Part shown: piece after piece, positions 35,609 through 43,356 of the stretch
How positions within the stretch are numbered: the stretch's first letter is position 1
How the letters are laid out: each line of letters begins with the position of its first letter
Assembly: GCA_002433065.1 (NCBI GenBank)
Contig: DJHK01000005.1
Coordinates: 723 to 64,722 of the forward strand
Length of the DNA: 64,000 bases
Source: Chloroflexi bacterium UBA6622
GTDB lineage: Bacteria > Chloroflexota > UBA11872
Reading direction: 5' to 3'
Notes under the pieces: model-generated
What the model saw: only the letters and a program-made list of their open reading frames with translations
Databases searched by the model: none
Told to the model about the DNA's origin: nothing
Made by a program: the position numbers and the translations under genes

Positions 35609-36667
35609 CTGCATATTTCTCTAAATGCGTACTTTGGTCAGTACCCTGAAACTGGTTCGGGGCAGTACTTAAGTGCTCTTCGTCGCTCGCTTATGGCCGG
35701 GTATCCAGATATTGAGATTGACCATATGGAACCGCCGGCTTCCTTGAGGGGGCAGGTGGGGAAATTGATATGGGAACAGGTTGTTTGGCCGACTCGATCC
35801 CGTGGTCGGTTGGGTCACGTTCCATATCTTGCGCCACCAGTCTTTGGTCAACGGTTCGTAGTGACGGCCCATGACGTCATTCCCTTTGTTTTGCCTGAAT
35901 ATGCAACAGGGACACGTCAGGCTGCTTATCTGGCTGTGACCCGCGCCGGATTGAAGAATGCAAGCAAGGTGATAGCCGATTCGGAGTCGACGCGCCGAGA
36001 CCTGATCCGTGTGGGTGCCGTGTCTGATGACAAAATAGTCGTTATACCTCTAGGTGTGGATGACCGGTTTGCTCCAGGGACAGAGAGTCAACGTGAGTGT
36101 GCCCGGCAGCGTCTTGGTTTGCCCGGGAACTTTGCTTTGTTCCTGGGGACTCGTGACCTCAGGAAAAATCTTGAGGTAGTGCTATCTGCTTGGCCGGAAA
36201 TATGGAAAAGGTCTGGTTTGTCTCTGGTTATAGCAGGGCGAGCACCGAAAGCGGGTGGTTCGGTCTATGTTGACTGGTTTGCTGACTTGGATCAAAGCGC
36301 AACCGCGTGGTTACGAGTGATTGGCCCGGTCTCAGAACGGGATAAACCGGATCTCTACCGTGCTTCGAATATGTTTGTGTTTCCGTCGCGCTACGAAGGA
36401 TTTGGCTTGGATCCTCTTGAGGCTATGGCAAGTGGAGTCCCGGTACTGGTTGCTGATTGCACATCCTTGCCTGAAGTGGTCGGTGATGCGGGTCTTCTGC
36501 TCCCGCCTGATAAGCCAGCGGCTTGGCGCGATGCAGTTTGCCGGGTGGCGCAGGATCGACATCTGGCTTCAGACCTTCATGGAAAAGGTCTTGCCCGTGC
36601 AGCTGGATTTACTTGGGCCCGTACCGCTGAACTTACGTACGCGGTATATCAGGAAGTGGGCGTATGA
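35609..36667 (+). CDS. Glycosyltransferase family 4 (start uncertain; possibly CTG at 35609)
   Basis: 'FPSRYEGFGLDPLEAMASGVPVLV' (E-x7-E). The in-frame sequence upstream of the first ATG (35693) reads 'LHISLNAYFGQYPETGSGQYLSALRRSL', a typical GT4 N-terminus. No ATG/GTG/TTG occurs back to the stop at 35588. Confidence 0.75.
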   Translation: MHISLNAYFGQYPETGSGQYLSALRRSLMAGYPDIEIDHMEPPASLRGQVGKLIWEQVVWPTRSRGRLGHVPYLAPPVFGQRFVVTAHDVIPFVLPEYATGTRQAAYLAVTRAGLKNASKVIADSESTRRDLIRVGAVSDDKIVVIPLGVDDRFAPGTESQRECARQRLGLPGNFALFLGTRDLRKNLEVVLSAWPEIWKRSGLSLVIAGRAPKAGGSVYVDWFADLDQSATAWLRVIGPVSERDKPDLYRASNMFVFPSRYEGFGLDPLEAMASGVPVLVADCTSLPEVVGDAGLLLPPDKPAAWRDAVCRVAQDRHLASDLHGKGLARAAGFTWARTAELTYAVYQEVGV

Positions 36668-37758
36668 AGGTTTTGCTGGCGTCGAAAGCGTTAGTAGTTG
36701 GTGCTCACCACGACAAGTTACGTGCATTAGCTAGTGTGAACGACGTGGACGTTTTGGCCGTTGTTCCTGATCGATGGGTTGAAAGTGGGCAAGTGGCGAT
36801 GGCGGAGAGGCCAAGACCTCGAGGCTATGAGGTTGAACATGTTTCTCTGGCGCTGAACGGGCACTATCACTTGTACTGGTTTCGGGAATTGCGACGTCTC
36901 GTTCGTCGTTTCCGGCCAGATGTGCTCCATATTGATGAAGAGCCGTACAACTTGGCTTCGGCTCTGGCGTGTCGTGACGCTCTCGATGTTGGCGCTGCAC
37001 CTGTTTTTTTCGCGTGGCAAAATCTTTCTCGGCGATATCCACCTCCGGTTCGATGGATCGAGAACTATGTGTTGAGGTGTGCCGATGGAATTGCTGGCAC
37101 CGAGCGTGCGCGGCAGGTGCTTGTTTCGAAAGGACACAGACGAGCCTCGGTAGTTATTCCTCAGTTTGGTGTTGATCCCGATATTTTTGTTCCGAACGTA
37201 AATCCAAGGAGTAATGGACAATTCGTTATCGGTTACGCGGGTCGCTTGGTTCCTGAAAAGGGCGTTGACGTGCTTATTCGTGCAGTACGGGCTATCGGTG
37301 GAAATTCAGTTTTGCGTATTGCGGGTGACGGTCCAACGATGGATCACTTACGTCGGCTTGAGCCAATAGTGAATGTGGAGTTTGTTGGTGGGGTGCCGAG
37401 TGAGGAGATGCCATCGTTCTATCAGGACCTTGATGTCTTTGTCTTGCCTAGCGTGGGGCGCAAGGGGTGGGTCGAACAATTCGGTCGAGCTGCGGTCGAA
37501 GCTATGGCATGCGGGGTTCCTACGATTGTTTCAGATATGGGCGAGTTGCCCAGTGTTGTTGGTGATGGTGGCGAGATTGTCCCAGCAGGTGATGTCGATG
37601 CACTTTCCACGATGCTGCGGACGCTGCGTGGAGAGGTTGGTAGACGTCAAGAGCTTGCTGTGAACGGGCGTGAACGTGTGCTTGGTCGTTTTACGACGCG
37701 TGCTGTTGCGCAGGCGACTGCTTCGTTCTACCGAGCGGTTGTGTCAAATCGTAGCTAG
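36664..37758 (+). CDS. Glycosyltransferase family 4
   Basis: 364 aa. 'YAGRLVPEKGVD' and 'LPSVGRKGWVEQFGRAAVEAMACGVPTIVSD'. ATGA overlap with the upstream GT4. Confidence 0.85.
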   Translation: MKVLLASKALVVGAHHDKLRALASVNDVDVLAVVPDRWVESGQVAMAERPRPRGYEVEHVSLALNGHYHLYWFRELRRLVRRFRPDVLHIDEEPYNLASALACRDALDVGAAPVFFAWQNLSRRYPPPVRWIENYVLRCADGIAGTERARQVLVSKGHRRASVVIPQFGVDPDIFVPNVNPRSNGQFVIGYAGRLVPEKGVDVLIRAVRAIGGNSVLRIAGDGPTMDHLRRLEPIVNVEFVGGVPSEEMPSFYQDLDVFVLPSVGRKGWVEQFGRAAVEAMACGVPTIVSDMGELPSVVGDGGEIVPAGDVDALSTMLRTLRGEVGRRQELAVNGRERVLGRFTTRAVAQATASFYRAVVSNRS

Positions 37759-37763
37759 TCGTC

Positions 37764-39038
37764 TTATCCGCTAATCACGTCGCCTTCTACGGGAGATGCA
37801 CGAACACCTTGTGATTCTGCCCATGCGATTGCCGCGTCCAGTTCGTTTCGGTCTCCTTCGAGTAGCAACTGAATCCATCCGATGCCGGCATCAACGTCGG
37901 CCCGCCGAATATCAAAAGTAAGATCAAATCTTTGGGAAAGTTCATAGATGATCGGCCGTCGGATGCTGTCTGCTGCATAGGTGAACTGAACTCGGACTCG
38001 TGCCAGACTCAAATCGTCATTTTGGACAGTTGTTGGAGATGGACCTTTGTCGAAGAGTTCAATAGGGGTTCCCTGTGTGGCAGATGAACGTAGGCCGTCT
38101 AGGATTTTCAAGACCCTCAGGCCATCGTTGGCGGTAACACTTGGTTCGCGGTTTCCACGAATTGCGTTTACAAACTCAGAAAATTCCGCGTCGTACATGG
38201 GTTGGAATGGATCGGTTCGAACGTGTTCTATTACAGGAGCGGGATAGGAGGGGTGGTCCTCGAGATCCAGGCTAATCTGCCCGGATTTCCAGTCAGAACC
38301 TATACGGCCCCCGGAGCCGGTGATTTCGATGTGGTCATACGCTGTCCCCGCCCCTTGACTCAAACTAATCGTTGCCGAAACACCATCTGAAAATTCAATC
38401 AGGCCGGATATCGATTCCTCGCTGCGACCATCTGCACGGTCTTGAATTGCAGCGAACACCTGAACAACTGGCTGGGGATGGAGCCACAGAATCTGGTCGA
38501 CCAGATGCGATCCAAGGAAGAGCAGTTGTCCACCGCCTCGCGTCCGATCCGCAAGCCATCCGGTCAGGGGTGGACTTCCCTTTGCAGCGGCGAGGGTTTT
38601 GGTTGCGCCCGAAAGGCCATTTCTTACGTGCGTGTGTGCACGGGTTCGAACAGTGTTGAATCGTAGGCAGTATGCAGGCATCAATACGCGTTTATTGGCT
38701 ACCGCCGCTGCCACTAAGTCTGAGGCCTCGGATTCATTTAGGGCCATGGGTTTTTCGACCAAGACATGTAAGCCTGCTTCAAGACACTGCAGTGTGACGG
38801 GAGCGAGTTGGTCATGAGGAACTGCGACGACAGCAGCATCCATGTCTGTGTGTAGGAGCAATTCGCGAAGCTCCGTGGAGACTGGTGTCTCAGGGCCGGC
38901 GACGGCTTGTGCTATCTCCACGTCTGCGTCTACGCATCCAGCGAGCACCGCGCACTCGTTTGTTTGAATGGCTGGCGCTAGGCGGCTTGCGCCGTGTAAG
39001 CCGCAGCCTATGAGGCAAGTATTTATGAGGGTGTTCAT
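37764..39038 (-). CDS. Gfo/Idh/MocA-family oxidoreductase with C-terminal NIL-like (ferredoxin-fold) domain
   Basis: 424 aa. The N-terminal Rossmann region 'LIGCGLHG' and 'VLVEKPMALN' (EKP motif) mark Gfo/Idh/MocA. The last ~80 aa ('VRVQFTYAADSIRRPIIYELSQRFDLTFDIRRADVD..IGWIQLLLEGDRNELDAAIAWAESQGVRASPVEG') resemble the NIL domain found at MetN C-termini. Confidence 0.6.
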   Translation of the reverse strand: MNTLINTCLIGCGLHGASRLAPAIQTNECAVLAGCVDADVEIAQAVAGPETPVSTELRELLLHTDMDAAVVAVPHDQLAPVTLQCLEAGLHVLVEKPMALNESEASDLVAAAVANKRVLMPAYCLRFNTVRTRAHTHVRNGLSGATKTLAAAKGSPPLTGWLADRTRGGGQLLFLGSHLVDQILWLHPQPVVQVFAAIQDRADGRSEESISGLIEFSDGVSATISLSQGAGTAYDHIEITGSGGRIGSDWKSGQISLDLEDHPSYPAPVIEHVRTDPFQPMYDAEFSEFVNAIRGNREPSVTANDGLRVLKILDGLRSSATQGTPIELFDKGPSPTTVQNDDLSLARVRVQFTYAADSIRRPIIYELSQRFDLTFDIRRADVDAGIGWIQLLLEGDRNELDAAIAWAESQGVRASPVEGDVISG

Positions 39039-39071
39039 TGGGGTAGATGCAGGGAAGGGTGATGTGTCATT

Positions 39072-40805
39072 TTAGGAAATTTTTCTGGTCGTGCTGGTGT
39101 CATTCGCGGATGGCGCATGTCGCACGCCGTGTGCAAGGCCGAGGAGAAGCGTTAGTAGCCCGATGGTCCGTAAGGACTGGATCGTGATGGAATGGTCGAA
39201 GACATTCCCAATCAATCCATAGTAGGTGTCGATAGGTATGGCTGTGATCCCCAGGCCGAGGCTTGCTAGAAAGATCGTCCAGTGACTCGATCTTGAGGGC
39301 CATTGCCAGGCTGCCGCGAGACCGAGCAAGGGGAAAATCCAGCAGAGATAGTGTGGCCATGTAACGCCAGAAATCAGAAGCATGACTGTGACGACCAGGC
39401 TGAATTCGAGGGCAAGCGAACTGCCAGATCGATTTCGGTGGCCGAGCGCCCACCCTGCAATGATCAAGATGGCGAGGATGCTGATGATGGTCATTATCTG
39501 AGCAAGCGCAACGGGTGGTTGCGGGTCGAGCATTGTCTGCCCCAGTTCAGGTCCCATGAACACTCGTAGGATGAGGCCAGGTAGTGACAAGTTGTTGAAC
39601 AGGCTGCTGCCGGCAAGTAGGTCCGGTAGTCGGTTTGACAGGTAGTACAGCCACGTCTCTGTGCCGGCGAGGCGGAGGCTCGCGAGCCCAACGAGTGCAG
39701 CTGTTACAAAGGTTCCCGCGAGCGCTCGTCTATGCCCGCGCCACAAGAGGTAGAGGACGAACAGCCCGGGAGACAGCTTGAGTCCAGCTGCAATGCCGAC
39801 AGCCATCCCTGCCCATATGTCATCTCCGTTTCGCAATCGATACGCTGCGAGGGTTAGGGTGAAAAGAATTACTAGGTCAACTTGGCCAAGACGAAATGTC
39901 AACGCGAATGGGTCGAGGAACGCGACCAATCCAAGTAAGAGCCCCAGCCACACGAGAGGGTGTGGAGATGGTCTTAGCAATCGCCACGTGAGGACGGCCG
40001 TTGCAAGCAAGGCAAGGTGGCTGGCTGTAAGGAACAAAATTCGAGCGACAGCAAGCGGGGCAATCGTAAATGGCGCGAAGTAGAGCATGGCGGTTGGAGG
40101 ATTGGTGACCATTGTCCAAAGCTGCGTGCCCACGTAAGGAATACGTTCTCGACCGGCTATTTTTAGTGCGACCGCGTTGTCATAAGGATTGAGACCTTCG
40201 AGCATCGCAAGGGCACCGATGTAGTTCACCCGGAGGTCTGAAGGCACCTGGATTTCAAGCACATCCAGCACGGTTAGTCGAAGGTAGGCTATCGCTCCAA
40301 GAACGGCGATCACAATGAGTCCTCCCTGCATGGCGTGTGGAGCTAGGGGTCGTCTAGGCATCTCGACTCGCTTTGAGATCCATGGCCACGTTAGCCAGAT
40401 GGTTGTGACAAGAACATGCTTTACTGCGAGATACTCAGTGATAGATGGCCTGGTGAAGAGTTCATCCGTTATGAGACCGGTGGCAAACAGGTGGTTAGTG
40501 GGTTCGTGAAAGTACTGAAAACCGACGATTAGCCAGCTGTCCATATGTGCCAAAAGAGGTAGTCCGGCGCTGAGGATCGTCACGTGGTGACCATTACGAT
40601 GACGCAAGAGGCACGCAGCGCCCCAGAGAACCAGGGCGCCGATGAGACTCCCACCGGCGGCCGCCGCCCATGTGAGGCTTGGTCTGGCAGGGTCGGCTCT
40701 TCCGATTGTGGTGCTCGCTATCGTTATAGCCAGGCCCACGGGACTGGTCCATCCAGCTACGGACAGCACCCACAACGACTTTCGGGCCATTAGGAGCCTA
40801 GTCAT
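39072..40805 (-). CDS. GT87/DUF2029-family polytopic membrane glycosyltransferase (GT-C)
   Basis: 577 aa, many TM segments. The early loop 'DLRVNYIGALAMLEGLNPYD' (D..Y......G..PY) is typical of DUF2029/GT87. Confidence 0.6.
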   Translation of the reverse strand: MTRLLMARKSLWVLSVAGWTSPVGLAITIASTTIGRADPARPSLTWAAAAGGSLIGALVLWGAACLLRHRNGHHVTILSAGLPLLAHMDSWLIVGFQYFHEPTNHLFATGLITDELFTRPSITEYLAVKHVLVTTIWLTWPWISKRVEMPRRPLAPHAMQGGLIVIAVLGAIAYLRLTVLDVLEIQVPSDLRVNYIGALAMLEGLNPYDNAVALKIAGRERIPYVGTQLWTMVTNPPTAMLYFAPFTIAPLAVARILFLTASHLALLATAVLTWRLLRPSPHPLVWLGLLLGLVAFLDPFALTFRLGQVDLVILFTLTLAAYRLRNGDDIWAGMAVGIAAGLKLSPGLFVLYLLWRGHRRALAGTFVTAALVGLASLRLAGTETWLYYLSNRLPDLLAGSSLFNNLSLPGLILRVFMGPELGQTMLDPQPPVALAQIMTIISILAILIIAGWALGHRNRSGSSLALEFSLVVTVMLLISGVTWPHYLCWIFPLLGLAAAWQWPSRSSHWTIFLASLGLGITAIPIDTYYGLIGNVFDHSITIQSLRTIGLLTLLLGLAHGVRHAPSANDTSTTRKIS

Positions 40806-42504
40806 AGGTTCTCGTGTTTGAAGGATCGGTTGGTTTGCGAGACAGAGCTAGTAGGCGTCGAGCAAACATGGTTCCTATGGCGATGAACAAGATCGTTCGG
40901 AAGATGACAATGGCCCACAATACAAAGGGTTGCTCGGACCAAAGATAAAAGAAGCCAGGGGATTCCAGCAGGGCTACAGTTGTGAGGATGGTTGCTAGGA
41001 GGAAGCCGCGGCCACCGGGATAGGCGAGTACAACAAACGGTAAAACCCAGACTGTGAACTGGGGGGACCAGCCGCGCAGGAAGAGGGCGAATGTGACAAT
41101 GGCCAACCCGGTGCCCCAGACTGTGCTCTTGGCTGTGGGGGTTACCGGTCGTAGTGAGATGTATCCGTAAATCACGGCAACAACAGTTACGGTTCCCCAC
41201 CACACGTAGCTAGGTATATCGGGTATGTAGTTGAAGGCAATTGCGGTGTCGGGATTTAGCCGGTCTCGGTGCACCCATCCGAACGAAAAGTAGCCATCTG
41301 CTAGTGCCCAAATTGTTTCCCAACCTGGTCGCAGCAGCATGTTTTGTATGGAAGCGACCACGTATTCTCGGCTTACAACGAAAAACGGGATAATTCCGCC
41401 AGCGATAGCGAGGCCACCAAGGCCGAGTAGGCGGACTCGGCCCAGTCGGGACTGCCCGGTTAGTAGGGCCGGAAAGCCGGCGAGAGGAAAGAATTTGGTC
41501 AGGATGCCAAGCGCGAGTGCCAAGGACGCGAAGTGTCGGCGATTCATGATGATCAGATAGGTTCCTAAAAGCAGGAAAAACACGGGAATAGATTCGAAAT
41601 GGCGATTGGCGATATAGGCGGGATAGAACAGCAGCGCGTATGTAAGGGCGGACATGAGGCCTCGAGGTTCATCCCATACCCGATGACCAATGGCGTATAT
41701 CAGGCACAGAGTTCCGGCCTCGAAGGGCAGCATCGTAAAGCTGAATATCAGTTGGAATGCCGCGTCCGTGCCCCCAAAATTTGTGCTGAGAAGCTTAAGT
41801 CCAGATGCCAGCCATGGGAATAAGGGTGGGTATTCAACCCAGTAGTCTAGGTACGGGTACAGGCCTTGCGTCACAAGGCGAGCTCGTTGTTCATACGCGC
41901 CGACATCGCTGCCTCGTTCGAAGAACCCGATCGGTTGCCAGAAAATGGCAAGGAGCGAACGGAACAACACAAACTGTACAAAAATAAGGCCAAATGTTAG
42001 CCGAGTGAATGCGGAGGCCCCTATTGTGCGGAGGCCAGATTTAAGTAACTCCAAAACGCGAATTGGCTGGGCATCTAGACCCGCCGGTAGCCACAGGGCT
42101 TGGCCAACGATCCAGCTTCCGAGCGCGAGTCCCCACAACCAGTCAATCTGGGATGACTGAGTTAAAACATGGTTTGCCTCATCTGACTGGTAAGCCGCTA
42201 CTGCCATTCCTGTTGGTATAAGCAATGGCAGGTGTGTCCACATATGTCGGCTGGTGACGTCGTCGAGTCGTCGTCGTGCGGTAAAGCTGATCAGGGTGGT
42301 GCCAGCGATGGACCATCCCAGCATCAATGCGAGTGTGACACCAAAGGCAGCCAGCCACCCGGAGCTTACCGATGTTGGAAAGGTTCGTCCTTCACGTATT
42401 GTGGCTATGAAGACAGCGAAACCGGCTGTCAGCATAGCGGTGGCGAGGATTGCAATCCGTCCGCGGAGGCGGAATGCCGGTGCATCCTTGGCCATTACAC
42501 TCAA
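40798..42504 (-). CDS. GT87/DUF2029-family polytopic membrane glycosyltransferase (GT-C), paralog
   Basis: 568 aa, polytopic. 'DVGAYEQRARLVTQGLYPYLDYWVEYPPLFPW' matches the DUF2029 signature. It overlaps the downstream paralog by 8 nt. Confidence 0.6.
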   Translation of the reverse strand: MSVMAKDAPAFRLRGRIAILATAMLTAGFAVFIATIREGRTFPTSVSSGWLAAFGVTLALMLGWSIAGTTLISFTARRRLDDVTSRHMWTHLPLLIPTGMAVAAYQSDEANHVLTQSSQIDWLWGLALGSWIVGQALWLPAGLDAQPIRVLELLKSGLRTIGASAFTRLTFGLIFVQFVLFRSLLAIFWQPIGFFERGSDVGAYEQRARLVTQGLYPYLDYWVEYPPLFPWLASGLKLLSTNFGGTDAAFQLIFSFTMLPFEAGTLCLIYAIGHRVWDEPRGLMSALTYALLFYPAYIANRHFESIPVFFLLLGTYLIIMNRRHFASLALALGILTKFFPLAGFPALLTGQSRLGRVRLLGLGGLAIAGGIIPFFVVSREYVVASIQNMLLRPGWETIWALADGYFSFGWVHRDRLNPDTAIAFNYIPDIPSYVWWGTVTVVAVIYGYISLRPVTPTAKSTVWGTGLAIVTFALFLRGWSPQFTVWVLPFVVLAYPGGRGFLLATILTTVALLESPGFFYLWSEQPFVLWAIVIFRTILFIAIGTMFARRLLALSRKPTDPSNTRTYD

Positions 42505-42558
42505 CGGGTTAGTGGGCTCCGCTTAGGCTTGATGCCCGGTCACGATGTGCACGGGATG

Positions 42559-43293
42559 TCACGCTGGAGGAATGCCAGTGAGCAGTGTGTCGGCGAAGAT
42601 GGGTGGGACAGGAACATTCCGGTTCAGAATCTCCGCATGTGCCGATTGGTAGTCATAGGCCACTCGACGTATCTCAGCTGACCAGAATCCGCTGCTATCG
42701 TCCAGAACGGCGTAGGTTGCCAGACCGGGTTGCTGGTCATGTGATCGGCCGACGGCGCCACAGTTGACGGCCAACAAGGCGTCGGTGTGTCGGATTGCTG
42801 CTGTATGTGTGTGGCCACTTACTACCACAGCGGCATCCGTGTCACCTATTTTCTCCAGGAGCGTGCTTTCGCTATCGGACCTGTCCCAGCCCAGTTCGTC
42901 GTTGGCCGGTGTTCCGTGGACGATCAACAATAGTCCCGCATCAGACTCTATACGGACCTGCCGTCGCATCTCGCGCATTCGAGCGACGTGAGACGCTCCA
43001 AGTTGCTCCGTTGTCCATTCCACGTTGGCTTTCAGAAACGCAGAGGCCGACGGTTGGTTGTTGCTGGCAAAGATGTTTTCAGGCCGATCAGTGATATACC
43101 GATCTGTGTTCCCTTGTACCAAAAGCCATCTAAGATCCACGATTCGTTCCCAGCATTCCCGTGGCTGGGCACCGAACAGTGCGATATCACCACCGAACAC
43201 TACCTCATCGGTGCTTAGTCGCCTGAGGTCGCTCAGGACGGCTAGCAGGGCGTGTCGGTTGCCATGGATGTCGGTTACGACGGCGACTTTCAT
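42559..43293 (-). CDS. Metallophosphoesterase family protein (YfcE-like)
   Basis: 244 aa. 'KVAVVTDIHGN', 'GDIALFG', 'GNTD' and 'VSGHTH' are the calcineurin-like phosphoesterase motifs. Confidence 0.8.
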   Translation of the reverse strand: MKVAVVTDIHGNRHALLAVLSDLRRLSTDEVVFGGDIALFGAQPRECWERIVDLRWLLVQGNTDRYITDRPENIFASNNQPSASAFLKANVEWTTEQLGASHVARMREMRRQVRIESDAGLLLIVHGTPANDELGWDRSDSESTLLEKIGDTDAAVVVSGHTHTAAIRHTDALLAVNCGAVGRSHDQQPGLATYAVLDDSSGFWSAEIRRVAYDYQSAHAEILNRNVPVPPIFADTLLTGIPPA

Positions 43294-43298
43294 AGGGT

Positions 43299-43332
43299 AC
43301 TAGCGTGCCCCAGAACGTGTGGGCACGCTAGT
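43299..43332. repeat. Perfect 12-bp inverted repeat with 10-nt spacer in a divergent intergenic region
   Basis: ACTAGCGTGCCC (43299-43310), then cagaacgtgt, then GGGCACGCTAGT (43321-43332). It sits between the start of the metallophosphoesterase gene (43293, -) and the LarA-N-like gene (43357/43363, +). Confidence 0.8.
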
Positions 43333-43356
43333 GCTCCTTGGCCTCTTAGTTAAACT

